Below are positions 1-12,445 of a stretch of 64,000 bases of DNA, in pieces. Positions within the stretch are counted from its first letter, which is position 1, and the number at the start of each line of letters is the position of its first letter. The DNA is from Octopus vulgaris (Eukaryota). The stretch covers positions 67,208,001-67,272,000 of the forward strand of contig OX597820.1 in NCBI GenBank assembly GCA_951406725.2. Reading direction: 5' to 3'. The notes below the pieces were generated by a model. It was not told the DNA's origin and ran no database searches. It saw nothing but the letters and a program-made list of their open reading frames with translations. The position numbers and the translations under genes were made by a program.

Positions 1-568
1 ACAGATATCGACACCGCCATGCACCATGCATCTATGACAATGTGTTTCTTGCAGAAAAGTCTAACTTCCTGTTTCCCGGCATACCTTCGTCCTGGTAACC
101 CAAAATAACACTGCGTCTGTTTGTTTTCTTTGGTTCAGCTTTACAATATTTACACATTTAAAAGGTTTCCTTAAACAATATCATTGGCTATTTGGATATT
201 TTAGCATTACGTTCAGTTCTTATCTTTTGTCCCCCATTTTTTCTTCTTTTTTATGTACTCAGTTGCTTGGGTGAATGTTATGTCTGTGTGTGTGTGTGTG
301 TTTGTGTGTGTGCGTGTGTGTGTTTGTTTGTTTCTGTTTGTACGTGTATATTTACATACAAGTATACATAAATGATTAAATATGTATATATGCGTACACA
401 CACACACACACACATACATGTATGCATAAGTATAACCGTTTGCATATATATTGTGTACGTGTGAGTGTGTGTGTGTATGTGTTTGTTGTGTTTGCACACA
501 CTGATTTAATCGTAGATATATATGGGCTGTGTATGCACACGCACACACATACACACACACACACACGT

Positions 569-624
<56 letters not shown>

Positions 625-713
625 CATATATATATATATATATAATAAATATGACTATATGTACATATATATGTATACATACACACACACACTCACACAC
701 ACGCATTCGCGCG

Positions 714-744
<31 letters not shown>

Positions 745-1244
745 GAAGAGAGAGAGAAATGAATAGATTTGTATCCGTTTTTGTGAGTGTTTCCATATTT
801 ATATACATACATATATATGTATGCATGTATGTGTGTGTTTGTGTATGTGTGTGTGTGTGTGTGTGTTTGTTTAAATAACCTAGAGGAGTTACATAAACAA
901 ATCTCGAATGGAAAAACATATTGGCAAGAATGGATACAAAAGGCGTAAAATGTACTATTTGGAAGAATCGATCTGTCCACCATTTTACTGCCAGCTTTAC
1001 TATGTACCAGATTAGGAAGCATTATCCATCCCACAACTAGCTTTAACCTTTAATAATAGTCATTATTTAACTATCTTTCGGTGTATACGTGCGTGTGTGT
1101 TTTTACGCAGAAGGGTGTATAAAGGTTTAATTATACGCATTGTTAGCTGACTTGGGACCAAACACTGAACAAAAATTACTCTCGACGCTTAATCTATATC
1201 CTAAAAATCTTTGTCAGCTGATCGCCAAGCTTGTTTAGAGACTT

Positions 1245-1290
1245 TACTACACTGATGAGGTCTAATAGACCGTAACATGTTCATAGCTGC
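1245..1290 (+). ncRNA. Degenerate type I hammerhead ribozyme motif
   Basis: CTGATGA (1252-1258), stem II GGTCT/AGACC, GTAA in place of GAAA, palindromic AACATGTT; stem I poor. Confidence 0.5.
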
Positions 1291-1488
1291 TGTGCCTTGT
1301 CTACGAACAACAGAAGTTCCTACCTCCACCCCAAGTGCATAAGTTTACTTTTCATAGATTTAAATCTTTTTTTTATTATCTCCCCCTTCTCTAGGTGAGT
1401 TTACTAACAATTACCACTCGGTTTTCTGTATATTTCGTTAAGGAGGAAATTTTGAGTTACATATTGTTTGTGGAAAAGCATATATATA

Positions 1489-1705
1489 CAGTAATCCCGC
1501 GCCATATCGCGGTTCACCTATCGCGGTTTATTATTTAAGCTTACGTCGATTCCTCCGTGGTGTTGTTTTGCATTTATAATAAAATACATATATACAAATT
1601 ATAAAAATAGTTAAAATATACAATACAGTACTGTTTTTACTTCGCGGATTTTCACCTATCGCAGTGGGTTTCGGAACGTAACACCCGCGATAGTCGAGGG
1701 ATTAC

Positions 1706-1707
<2 letters not shown>
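1489..1707. mobile_element. Tc1/pogo-type MITE
   Basis: TIRs CAGTAATCCCGCGCCATATCGCGG / CCGCGATAGTCGAGGGATTACTG in a TA-rich context. Confidence 0.75.
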
Positions 1708-1774
<67 letters not shown>

Positions 1775-1949
1775 GCCATGATAGGTCACTAGCCACTACA
1801 CATTCTTTATTTTCTCTCCTTGTTTCTTTCTGTGTTCCTGGCTCGAAACGTTAAAGACTTTTTCACTTTCCGAACGTTATACTAATACATCTGTTTGTTG
1901 TCTACACCACCTGTCTTCGTCTTTTGTTTTTTTGTTGTTTTTTTAATTT

Positions 1950-2016
<67 letters not shown>

Positions 2017-2799
2017 TCAAAGACATTCCGGCTGTGCTTATACTAATACTAAGGCTGCAATGAGTTTTGTCTTCCTTTTAAGATGGTAGTGTCTGATCTG
2101 AGGGAGATTTAGCTGTTATTTCTTACATACACTCATACATAAATCGTGCGCATGCAAATACACGCAGAGGGGGGGAGAGAGAGAGAGAATGACAGAGAGA
2201 GAAAGACAGATACAGAGTCAGACAGACCACTGATGTAATCTTATGTAGACTATCTTTACCCTTTAATTAAATTTAAAAAAGAAACAAAAAAGGATCAAAG
2301 GTCTTTCTCGGATCATATAGACTGGTCTTCCGAATTTTGTGGCGTGTATATTACCCACCTGGACAGGACACATGTCCACCACAGGGCCCTCCCAGGTCCG
2401 TTACAGGATTGCTCGCTTTTTGCCATCTGAATGGATTGGAGCAACGAGAAATGAAGTGTTTTGCTTAAGAACACAGTACATCTCCAGTTCAGGAATCGAA
2501 ACCACTATCGTACGATCATGAGTACACACCCTAACCACTAAGCCACGCGCCTCCACACCCTTTAACTTATCCATATTCGCACCGTTCGCCTTTTGTGTGA
2601 TATCACTTTGGGGTCGATAAAATAAAGAACCAATCAAGCACAGTATGGTCGATGTAATCGACTTGGCCCCTCCCCTCCAAATTACTGGCGTTGAATCCTG
2701 CATCCTCTCCAGGGGAAATGCCGCAATCTCATTCACCTACTGGCCATGGAAACCGGGGAGCAGACCTTGTGAGTTCTTAGGCTCAAGAAAAATAAACCT

Positions 2800-3027
2800 A
2801 ATTCTTTATTACCCACAAGGGGCTAAACATAGAGGGGACAAACAAGGGCAGACATAGGTATTAAGTCTATTACATCGACCCCAGTGCGTAACTGGTACTT
2901 AATTTATCGACCCCGAAAGAATGAAAGGCAAAGTCGACCTCAGCGGAATTTGAACTCACAACGTAACGACAGACGAAATACGGCTACGCATTTCGCCCGG
3001 CGTGCTAACGTTTCTGCCAGCTCGCCC
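2800..3027 (-). mobile_element. tRNA-derived SINE, family B (Nin/Deu-like core)
   Basis: Reverse complement of the 61177-61407 copy; other copies near 21935-22168(-), 23102-23183(+), 25737-25940(+), 41195-41410(+), 46825-47037(-), 63380-63580(+). Confidence 0.85.
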
Positions 3028-3349
3028 AGAACAATCTAATCACCATAAAACACGACCCACGTGACACTCTCTCTGCTTAATCCTAATCCAACAAAATATT
3101 TAACACGATTCGCATAACTCATGCATGAATCTACGCAAGCCGGCGAAACAACAAAACAAATAACCAGAAAGAAAACAAACTCCACCACCACCACCACAGC
3201 AAAGCAAAGCAAAACAAATGTAACAACCCTAAATACCCGTATTATACTTAAAAAAAGGAACAAACAAAGAAACAAAGAAACAGACAAACAAACAAACACA
3301 AAGGAAGAAAAGGACAGTGTCACACACGCATCAAGTATAAGTGATGCAA

Positions 3350-3350
3350 C

Positions 3351-3391
<41 letters not shown>

Positions 3392-3556
3392 CGATGATGA
3401 TGACGACGATGATGATGATGACGACGATGATGACGACGACGACTGGTGCTGCTGCTGCTGCTGATGATGATGATGATGGTGTTGGTGGAGATGATGGTGG
3501 TGGTGGTGATGATGCTGATAGTGTTGATGGTGATGATGGTGGTGGTGGTGGTGGTG

Positions 3557-3623
<67 letters not shown>

Positions 3624-4300
3624 TAGTAGTTGCGTAAATTGCTTGGCTCTGTTATCAAATCAGTGCTCGGCGTCCTGTCTCGACATGTCCAAACCACCCA
3701 CAATTGTGATTACGTTATGTACAGAAGAGTTAATAGAACCACATTGTCCATCCAGTTGGGGGCGGCAGCGGTGGTATGTCGGTGGTGGATTTTACGCTGG
3801 GGTTGATGTTTGCTGGCAGTAGTGGTAGTGGTGGTGGTTGTTAGAATGTGGCTGGCAGTGATCTAGATGTTGGTGGTGGTGACGGCGGCGGCGGTGGTTG
3901 TGGTGGTGGTGGTGGTGGTGGTGGTGGTGGTGGTGGCGGCAGTGGTGGTGGTGGTGATGGTGGTGGTAGCGGCTGTAGTGGTAGTGATGGCGGCGGTAGT
4001 GGTGGTGATGGCTGCAGTGGTGGTAGCGGCAGTGGTGGTAGCGGCAGTGGTGGTAGCGGCAGTGGTGGTAGCGGCAGTAGTGGTAGTGATGCGGTTGTGA
4101 TAGTGGCGGTAGTGGTGGGGATGGCTGCAGTGGTGGTGGTGGTGGTAGCGGCAGGAGTGGTGGTGGTGATGGAGGTGGTGATAATGGTGGTGGTGGTCGT
4201 CGTCGTCGTGTTGGTGGTATCAACGGTGGTGGTGGTGGTGGTGGTGGTGGTAGTGGTATCAACTGTGGTGGTGGTGGTCGTCGTCGTCGTGGTGGTCGTG
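3350..4300. repeat. Compound trinucleotide microsatellite (GAT, GGT, AGT, GGC variants)
   Basis: Directly visible; produces spurious homopolymer ORFs. Confidence 0.95.
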
Positions 4301-6178
4301 AAAACCAGCAGTGATGAACGTTGGTGCGAATGAATACCGGTGTATGACGAATTCAATGTTTACGAGAGGCGACGAATCGACAGAACTGGTTCGGGGCGTC
4401 GAACCAAATAACGAATTACTTTCTGAATTCGAATCCTGCTGAATCCCGTTTTGCCTTTCACTTTTGCGAGATCGATAAAATAAAGAATCCGTCTCGGTCG
4501 GTGCATGATCACAGTTTTGGTGCGTCGGACAAAATGCTTTGCGATATTTGCTTCTGGTTCCTTACATTCTGGGTGAGTTTCCATGCAGATTTATGAGGGA
4601 CTTGATAGTGTTTTTTTTTGTTTTTCATTAGCTTGCGGCCATGCTAATTTTAGTCGAATGAATCAAATCCAGTACTTTTTTTCGTTTTTAAGCCTAGTGA
4701 TTTTTCTTTCGTTCTCTTTTGCCGAACCGCTAAGTTACGGGAATGTAAACACACCAATGACGGTTGTCAAGCGGTGGTGGAAGACAAACGCACACGGACA
4801 CACATACGCACACACGTATATATATATATATATATATATGAATTCTATTGATCACTTTGGCCGAACCGCTAAGTTATGGGGACGTATAACACCAACACCG
4901 GTTGTTAAGTGGTGATGGGAGACACACACACACACACTCACATATACGACAGACTTCTTGCAGCGGCGGCGGTGGTGGTGGTGGTGGTGGTAATAGAGCT
5001 GTTGTTGAAGTTGGTGCGTATTGATATATAGTGATGGCGATGGTTATGGTGACGCTCATCGGTCAATGGTTATTGTCGGCTGCCGATAGAGAAAGCGGCA
5101 ATATCAATGTTTATTTTTATATTTTTTATTTTTTGCTTTGCTTTTTTCATTTAACACCAGGTCAACTCAGATCTAGTAGACTTATGGTCAAATTCATTCC
5201 AACCTGATCATGTCCTGTTTCCAGACATAGTGTATATAAAATTAGCCAATTTTTTTTTCTTTCATTCATAAAACGAAGGAAGGGAGTGGGTTGTTGGCGA
5301 CTTGGTTGCTATATCTAGCATGTCCAGTAACCTTGTAAGGATTCCTTCAACAATTCGTTGACTGTTGTTGTTGTTGTTGTTGTAGTTGTTGTTTAACTCT
5401 CGGTCAGACGTGGTTAGACACGTTTAGGCTCAAATACATTTCAGACTGTATCCAAAACCACATTATCCCGAGGTTTTCTTCTTATTTTTAAGGCGGTAGG
5501 GTACGAATTGTGGAGCGATTTAGCTGCTGTTTTTAACAGATCAAACGACCTGTCAACTGTTCACTTGATCGGCTCATTGGTAGATAGTAATGGTATCGGT
5601 GTGTACCAGAATCTTCTATTGACGTGCGTACGTACTAAACGTATGCTAAGACGTAAAAATTAAACTATCAAATTGCATGAAACAAAATGTCGGCCAACAA
5701 TTTCAAGAAGAATTATTGTACTGAATGAGGATCCATAGTACCATATATCGATCTCTTTCTCTCTTCTTTCTCTCTCTCCTCATCACTTTGTCTCTCTTTC
5801 TCTCTCTCCCTATCTCTCTGTCCGACTCTCTTCCTCTCTCTTCCTCTCACTCTCCCCATCTCTCTATCTTTCTTTCTCTCTCTCCCCATCTCTCTGTCTG
5901 CCTCTCTTTCTCTCTTCTCATCGCTCTGTCTGTCTCCTTTTCTCTCTCTCTCTCCCCATCTCTCTGTTCGACTCTCTTCCTCTCTCTCTCTCTCTCCCCA
6001 TCTCTCTATCTTTCTTTCTCTCTCTCCTCATCTCTCTGTCTGCCTCTCTCTCTCTCCCCATCTCTCTGTCTGTCTCTCTTGCTCTCTCCTTATCGATCTG
6101 TCTGTCTCCTTTTCTCTCTCTCTCCCCTCCCTTCTCTCTGTCTGCCTCACTTCCTCTCTCTCCCTCTCTCTCCCCTCC

Positions 6179-6221
<43 letters not shown>

Positions 6222-6879
6222 CTCTCTCACACACACCCTCTACTTCATTCCACAGCCCGATCACAGTGGTTAAATTTAAATGAACTAAACCATTCATTTA
6301 GCAGAGTTGTCAATTGATACGGATCGATCTCTTAAATTATACATGAATCTATACACATTTACACACACCTATATACACATACACACATACAATCTTATAT
6401 TCTTTTATTTGCTTACTGGTTTCAGTTATAGGACACCGGCCATGCTAGAGCACCGCCTTTAAATACTTTGTCGATCATATCGACCCCATTATTTATTTAA
6501 GTCTGGCATTATTTTATTAATTCTATTTATCGAACCGCTAATGTACAGGAACTAAGCAACAACACCGGTTTTTAAGCAATGTAAACGTCAACACAGAAAC
6601 ACAGATACACACAGGCACACACTCACACATACATACGTGTATGTGCACGCACGTGTGTGTGTATAAGTATGTTTATATACTCTTTACTCTTTACTCTTTT
6701 ACTTGTTTCAGTCATTTGACTGCGGCCATGCCGGAGCCCCGCCTTTAGTCGAGCAAATCGACCCCGGGACTTATTCTTTGTAAGCCCAGTACTTATTCTA
6801 TCGGTCTCTTTTGCCGAACCGCTAAACACACCAGCACCGGTTGTCAAGCAATGCTAGGGGGACAAACACAGACACACAA

Positions 6880-6950
<71 letters not shown>

Positions 6951-7577
6951 AATATACGACAGGCTTCTTTCAGTTTCCGTCTACCAAATCCACTCACAAG
7001 GCATTGGTCGGCCCGGTGCTATAACAGAAGACACTTGCCCAAGATGCCACGCAGTGGACTGAACCCGGAACCATGTGGTTGGTTAGCAAGCTACTTTTAT
7101 TCATTAAATTTGCCATGAAGGCAGTACATAGATGTAGCTTTGCGGGCTGGACGTAAACATTGATGGTATGAATGATGGTGATGGAACGAAGGTGGTGATG
7201 GGAGAAGACGAAAGCGCCCGCCGACTTCCGCTTCTCTAAGACAATGTTCTTTTTTCAAAAAATCAAAAAGTCACAAAATTTCACAAAAGTCACAATGAGG
7301 CAATGAACCTCTTTCTCAATATGATACAATTTTTCTTTTTAAAACATTCAAAAAGTTCAAGTCAACCCGGCCGACCAGCGCTCTTGCTTTATCGAGGCAA
7401 TCATTCTTTGTCGGGCCGCGCCATTCAGGTATAAATTGAAAGGAGTCCTCCGGGAAGGAATTCATGATCCTGCACAGATCGCTATGCCATAGGACCTCTG
7501 CAGCCACTTGCGAAGGCCACTCAGGGTCCTCCGTGCAGGACCGAAGTCCATCCCATTGGCCTTTTCTTTCATCTTAC

Positions 7578-8522
7578 CTATCTCGTTTTCAAGCGTTCCT
7601 CCTTTGTGGAAGAGAACCACATATTGATCCTCCGGCGGCACGTCCGCCTGAGGAGGCTTGGGAGACGCTGTCTGCGTGTTACAATCCGCCGGCGGCGTCC
7701 CGTTTCTCTTTCTTCTTTTTTTTTCCTTTTTTTCCCTGGGCCTGCGGGAGGGTGAGGTTCCTGTGTTACACACAACGGGTCCTCTTTTTCTTCCGCAGCT
7801 CTCGGGTCTTTCTGTGGGTCACCATTGTTGCCCATCCTTCTTTTTTTTTTTTTTGAGGATGTAGCAATTTCCTCGTTCTGTTTCTCTACCTTCATTGGGA
7901 GAGCAGGGAGAGACTCCAACAATAACCGCTCCAGGATCCTACTTTGGTCCCTGGGGCAGTTCTTCTTAATGTGGCCGGTCTCCAGGCACAGGTGACACTT
8001 GGGGGTGGGGCGTCCCTCAAGCATCACCGGATACTTGGACCCGGCCATCCTCAAGAAATCTGGGAAAACCAGACTTTTGGCTGATTGGGTCCATAGGGTC
8101 AAGACAGCTTTCGACTCCTCCCAATTAGCCGCAGGCAACACTTTTACATTTAGCAGCTTGGCACTGCTACCACCCAGACCCCGGCGGATAGAGTCCTCTA
8201 TCCACTCGGGTTCAACTCCGGGTGGTAGTCCGCAGATCCAAGCCCTCAATAGTTTTTCTCCCATATAGTTTGGGAGAAACAATATTTCTTTGCCCTCAGG
8301 GGGCTGGCTTGCAAAGTCGCAAGTCAAATAGCAACCAGACCGTGAGATAAATTTAAAGGCTGGCATGTAGTCCGCCAGCTCGTTTAAAATTGTGGCCTTC
8401 GAGAAGACAGCTATGGTGTCGAGCGATTTCGAGTAAGTCCTCAACACCACGGTCTTCCTTTCCAGCTCTTTTAAATATTTTTTGGGAGGTGTTAGGTCCC
8501 ACACAATAAATTCCTTTGCCAT
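7578..8522 (-). CDS. Retrotransposon ORF1/gag-like nucleic-acid-binding protein with CCHC zinc knuckle (314 aa; C-terminus probably frameshifted, may extend to ~7316)
   Basis: CHLCLETGHIKKNC (CX2CX4HX4C) preceded by an RRM-like segment RAWICGLPPGVEPEWIEDSI; overlapping downstream frames 7773-7462 and 7507-7316; A-runs at likely shift points. Confidence 0.78.
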   Translation of the reverse strand: MAKEFIVWDLTPPKKYLKELERKTVVLRTYSKSLDTIAVFSKATILNELADYMPAFKFISRSGCYLTCDFASQPPEGKEILFLPNYMGEKLLRAWICGLPPGVEPEWIEDSIRRGLGGSSAKLLNVKVLPAANWEESKAVLTLWTQSAKSLVFPDFLRMAGSKYPVMLEGRPTPKCHLCLETGHIKKNCPRDQSRILERLLLESLPALPMKVEKQNEEIATSSKKKKRRMGNNGDPQKDPRAAEEKEDPLCVTQEPHPPAGPGKKRKKKEERETGRRRRIVTRRQRLPSLLRRTCRRRINMWFSSTKEERLKTR

Positions 8523-8733
8523 TTCGAAACGGAATCCAATTAAAGTTCAAAAGTGTAAGAAAATAAATAAGATAGAAAGAGGGAGAAGAGAGAACACAGC
8601 AGAAGAGAAGAATTACAATAAAATAACAGTTCAACAGAGTTCTTTTTAAAATAAACGATAGCTGGAAGAAGAGAGTTCAAATTCAGCAATGTAATTAATT
8701 TTTGGGCCGAAAAGGTACTCCTGGCCAAACGTC

Positions 8734-8823
8734 CAAAACAATCCTTGGTTATCCTTGGTGCTTCTTGGTAAATCCAACAAAACAGTCCTTGGTTATCCTT
8801 GGTGCTTCTTGGTAAATCCAACA
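8734..8823. repeat. 44-bp tandem duplication in the element's 5' UTR
   Basis: Two copies of CAAAACARTCCTTGGTTATCCTTGGTGCTTCTTGGTAAATCCAA. Confidence 0.9.
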
Positions 8824-9286
8824 CAATGGCAATTAATTTTTGAGGAGGGCTACGCCTCCTCAAAAACCACAATTCTCACTGCAAAGTGAGTCTTTACGCT
8901 CGACCACAGGCAGGAAAAATGTCCGGAGCAAAGTGGAGTCTATTACTCTCCAAAAATAATAAACACAGAGCAATAAACTTCACTAAGCCCCTAAAAAAAC
9001 ATCAAACGCCTACCTGTAGTCGAGTTTCAAATGTCAATAATTCACGCCGAAACGTGACATCCGGCAGCAGCCAAAAAACACGTCCGAACACGTCGAAGGT
9101 TAGCAAGCTACTTACCACACAGCCACTCCTGCGCTATCTTTTAACTTTTACATTTTTTTAGCTTCAGTCATTAGACTGCGACCATGCTGGGGTACTGCCT
9201 TAAGCCCGGGACCTCTCACACCCTAAGCGACAATCATAGCCCTAGACCAACGAACCGTTTACACACACACACACTCGCACACACAC

Positions 9287-9352
<66 letters not shown>

Positions 9353-9384
9353 TATCCGAAGTATACAGTATTATATATCTATTA

Positions 9385-9479
9385 CGGCCGATCTTACCGA
9401 TCGGTTTCGCGTTAGGGATTCAACAGAGTGTTAGGTAACAACCCGATTATGTAACCCTGAGCTCATCAGAGGTAGTCGA
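9385..9479 (-). ncRNA. Type I hammerhead ribozyme motif
   Basis: Minus strand: cgactacct CTGATGA GC(tc)AGGG...CCCT(aac)GC GAAA CCGATCGG TA agatcgg; palindromic stem III ACCGATCGGT; GUA triplet; stem I has mismatches. Confidence 0.78.
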
Positions 9480-10202
9480 TATGGAATGAAATATTTCAAT
9501 CCATATCGGTTACCTTGTTTTACTTATTTTTCTTATCCATCACATGTGTGTATGCATGTGTGCATATTTTTGTGCGGGCAGGCGCCGCGCGCGCACACAC
9601 ACACACACACATATTAACAAAGATACTAAATTCTATCATTAGAATGTAGATAACAAAAACAATGTCATGTTGAGGTTGAGAATTGTCTTGTATATTTCTA
9701 CAATTCTGCTTGCAGATTGTATTTGCGAAGTACGTGTTGTCTGGTTGATTTCTTTTTCTGGAAAGCCTCACTTCTCTAGATTGTTACTCAAGCATTTACT
9801 AACAAAATCAAGTGCACCGATTATCATTGGTGAAAATGCGAATTTATAACCTGGATATAGAAACTGAATGTTTCGAAGCTTTTTGTCTTCGATTTTCTAA
9901 GAGATATTCAGATCAGCCGGGCAGCTGACCTCTAATGCTCAGTACCACTATGCATCTAATCTGCTGCACTGTTATTCCTACCATTCGTACTATACTGCTT
10001 AGGCTATCATACCGGTACATCGCCATACAACAGTTCCTCTATACCTTTATGCTGCTGTACTACTATTCCTCAACGCTGATTCATAACCAATGAAGAAATT
10101 ACAAAGTGTTGTTTATGCAGCACTTAGAAAGAATCCATCGAACATAATAACTGATATCAATAGTGTTTGCTGAACAATGTATTTTGAGTAGATTCATTCA
10201 TT

Positions 10203-10229
10203 GCTGCACTCGGTCACCAGATGGCACTA
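10203..10229 (+). promoter_or_regulatory. Candidate CTCF binding site
   Basis: TCACCAGATGGCAC matches 13/14 of CCASYAGRKGGCRS, with CTGCA a few nt upstream. Confidence 0.4.
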
Positions 10230-11160
10230 CTATTTATTTTATTGTATTTAATTTATTTATTACGTCCATGAATGGCAGCAACCTCGGTCATTCTGTTGAT
10301 ATTATGCGGCATTGAATCCATCCGGTAAAAAAATCAAATTCAAAATATTTTTTGCTTTGTAAATATTTTTTTCCACTTTAGTATTTATTTATTTATTGGC
10401 TTTGACATGACAATTACTTAATTAAATCATTAAATCATTACTTATTAAGTAACTGAGTCTCTCTGTGTTATTTCCTGCTATTATTACTACTACTACTACT
10501 ACGATGGCCCTTGCTCTTCTAAACATGACAGTCTTTTAGACTGCAAGAAATACCAGTCAAATCTCACTAAAATATTCTCCCACCTTAAAATGACACGATA
10601 CATAAGTATTAGATCCTTAAAAACGTTGGATTGTTATAACGCCCGCTTCGGTACACAGTATACTTAGTAAAACCAGTAAAGACACGACTATCTCTGACCG
10701 CCTACTACCGTACTCTCTTTATTTATAGTGACTAGGTTATTCCATTCGTCACGTGGGAAGCGTGTACCGTAATTAATAATTCCCCTACATCTCCCCTTTT
10801 AAGTTTTTCTTAGGAAGTGTCGTTTTATTCAGCAATAAATTTTTATTCACCCACCTCCCCTTTTTTTAGTATTTTTTGGGGGGCACAGTTCGATACTTTC
10901 TTCCCTTCGAATCTATTTTCAGGAACTTTGTTTTCTTTTCCTCTCACTTGTACACCTGAATTCAATCACCTGCAGTGGTGTTGGTACTTGGAACGTATCG
11001 TACAACAATTCCGTTGGTTTCTCCAACTTCTTTGGTTCGTTTTCCACGAATCTTCTTTTCAGTTGGTTCCTGTGTCTCTTTTGTATGCTTTTTCTGCTTT
11101 TTACCCAATACATCACTTTACCTATACATTTGGTAATTACGCCATCTTCCCAAACTGCTT

Positions 11161-11669
11161 TCAATTCTTATATGCCCTCATATACACCTTTTCATTAACT
11201 TTAAAGAATCTTGCTATGTCTTCCCTAGCAAAAGCTGGTTTTACATTCCTTGCAAACATCAGCTCCGCTTGTGAGCTGTCCGCTGATGTATTCAGATTTG
11301 ATGTCACACGGTACACTCTTAGGAATTGTTGTTCTTTTGAAGGTATAGCCAAAGCGTTCTGCCTATCCATTAGATCTGGGAGTGGTATGGCACCGTAGGT
11401 ATATGTTCTACCGCAAACGTCTCACAAAATTTTATTAATTCGCTAGACACAAATTGCGCTCCATTGTCCGACATTATCTTGTCTGGGATGCCAAATCTTG
11501 CAAACAATTCGTGTAAAAAATTTATCACAGCTGAGGAGGTTGTTTTTTTACACTTGCAAATTTCAGGCCATTTCGAAAAACTATCAACTACTACTAAATA
11601 GTATGAACCATTTAAAGGACCTGCGAAATTGATGTGCAGTCTCGACATGGAACGTCTACTTTTGGACAA
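11161..11669 (-). pseudogene. Gypsy integrase core remnant
   Basis: rve-type motifs D..SKW, FG.P....SDNG.QF; broken by deletions and frameshifts. Confidence 0.85.
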
Positions 11670-11998
11670 TGTTTACTTTTTCACCTGTGTAAAAATCAAG
11701 CATTTCAACATATCTGGAGTTAATTCGTCCAGCTTAAGCTTCTTGCATTCTTTGTTTACTCTACCAGCATATGTGATCTTGTTGTTTTTCTCTATGTTCA
11801 GACACTTCCAACGTGTGTTGAACAATGAGCTTTTTTCACTGAAAATTTTACACAATATATCTATTGTGTCATTAAAGTTATTATTGGTTTTCTTGAGAGT
11901 ACATAATTGCTGTATCGTTCATGTTCTGTTACCGCCAGTTTTCTCAAGATTAAGCGCGTTTACATCTCGTTGTCCCAATCTTTACATTCTTTCTCGTA

Positions 11999-12177
11999 CA
12001 GAAGTGGCTGTGTGGTAAGTAGCTTGCTAACCAACCACATGGTTCTGGGTCCAGTCCCACTGCGTGGCACCTTGGGCAAGTGTCTTCTACTATAGCCTCG
12101 AGCCGACCAAAGCCTTGTGAGTGGATTTGGTAGACGGAAGCTGAAAGAAGCACGTCGTATATATGTACGTATGTATA

Positions 12178-12263
<86 letters not shown>

Positions 12264-12445
12264 CATACATTTTTGTGTGTGTGTGTGTGTGTGTGTTTAC
12301 GTCCCCGTAACTTAGCGGTTCGGCAAAGGAGACCGATAGAATAAGTACTAGGCTTCCAAACAATAAGTCCTGGGGTCGACTTGCTCGACTAAAGGCGGTG
12401 CTGCAGTCAAATGACTGAAACAAGTAAAAGAGTAAAAGAGTAAAG
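11999..12445 (+). mobile_element. SINE family A inserted in Gypsy gag
   Basis: Near full-length match to other family A copies. Confidence 0.9.

Larger units (their letters stand above)
7097..9097 (-). mobile_element. ORF1-only non-autonomous non-LTR retrotransposon (L1/Tx1-like, HAL1-type organisation)
   Basis: 16-bp TSD GGTTAGCAAGCTACTT at 7081-7096 and 9098-9113; ~575-nt 5' UTR; ORF1-like protein; 3' end ...TGAATAA(AA); no endonuclease or RT sequence. Confidence 0.8.
6679..9134 (-). mobile_element. tRNA-derived SINE family A, split by a 2-kb insertion
   Basis: Body 6679-7096 and head 9098-9134 match the copies at 12000, 13112 and 54440; A box TGGCTGTGTGG, B box GGTTCAGTCC, internal (TA)/(TG) tract, (GAGTAAAA)n tail. 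Confidence 0.9.

Noticed and set aside
55-94. Possible upstream TRPN1 exon (ttcttgcAG...GTAACC)
   Set aside because: 40 nt, not frame-symmetric, and no ankyrin or TRPN-like residues.
213-919. YIYI/HTHT/CVCV ORFs here and throughout the ORF track
   Set aside because: Artefacts of (TA)n, (CA)n and (TACA)n tracts.
3121-4356. Long ORFs with poly-M/G/S/P/T/H runs
   Set aside because: Translations of trinucleotide microsatellites; open in several frames with no domain or splice support.
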